The notes beneath the pieces are model-generated. The model saw only the letters and a list, made by a program, of their open reading frames with translations, was not told the DNA's origin and searched no databases. A stretch of 64,000 nt of DNA from an uncultured Gemmatimonadales bacterium (lineage in GTDB: Bacteria; Gemmatimonadota; Gemmatimonadetes; Longimicrobiales; RSA9), in the NCBI GenBank assembly GCA_963741945.1, contig CAVUKA010000001.1, positions 352,001 through 416,000 on the forward strand, read 5' to 3'. Position 1 is the stretch's first letter. The number at the start of each line of letters is the position of its first letter. Positions 63,642 to 64,000 of this stretch are shown here, in pieces. The position numbers and the translations under genes are program-made.

Positions 63642-64000
63642 TCAGTTGGCTGAAGGCGAGCCCGGCGATGCGGTGTCGGCAGCCAGCTTGGTCCCCTCCG
63701 GGGCTGGCCCGGAAAGGGCGGCCAGGACCCGCATGCGGTCCGCGACAAGGGTGTCGAAGGCCGCCCTGTATTCCCTGGCCACTGGCGGCGCCGACGGCAG
63801 TCGCACCTTGCGCGGGTCGGTGGGGTTTCCGGACAGGCGCATCTCGTAATGGACGTGCGGGCCGGTGGCGAGGCCGGTGGCGCCGGCGTAGCCGATCACC
63901 TGCCCCTGTTTCACGTGCGCCCCCTTCCGGATGCCCTTGGCGAAGCGACTCATGTGCCCGTAGCGCGTCTCATAGCCGTTGCCATGATTGATCCGCACCA
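63642..64000 (-). CDS. M23-family metallopeptidase (C-terminal part)
   Basis: YETRYGHMS, GQVIGY.G.TGLATGPHVHYE. Confidence 0.88.
   Translation of the reverse strand, partial: VRINHGNGYETRYGHMSRFAKGIRKGAHVKQGQVIGYAGATGLATGPHVHYEMRLSGNPTDPRKVRLPSAPPVAREYRAAFDTLVADRMRVLAALSGPAPEGTKLAADTASPGSPSAN

Overview
High-GC bacterial chromosome segment; gene content and protein style suggest Gemmatimonadota (inference). Bases 1-6701 are an integron-type gene-cassette array on the minus strand. It has six ~150-157 bp attC sites and seven cassettes, the last running off the window edge. The cassettes hold three toxin-antitoxin loci, an outer-membrane beta-barrel protein, two unknown proteins and one gene broken by an IS3-family element. 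The array starts at an attI-like junction (6695-6701) with no integrase gene beside it; instead there are ~500 bp of non-coding DNA with regularly spaced CGAAC-N3/4-GTTCG palindromes, then housekeeping genes. All six attC sites share an atypical branched fold with a side hairpin next to the L box. The rest is core genome: panBCD, a frameshifted rqcH/NFACT gene, a trp cluster interrupted by an oppositely oriented lexA and by a HEAT/HD-GYP pair, truA-tal-htrA-purB-purC-pssA-purSQLF, ppdK, add, a TonB-dependent receptor, fbp, comEC, miaB, alr, mazG, asnS, hydrolases, an ABC permease, recG and ftsY. Reading by hand also gave two perfect TTCGG-N6-TTCGG candidate LexA boxes, three small ORFs not called as such in the ORF track (one coupled to lexA), and a sigma54-type promoter followed by a probable ATT start codon. 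No rRNA, tRNA or CRISPR was recognised.
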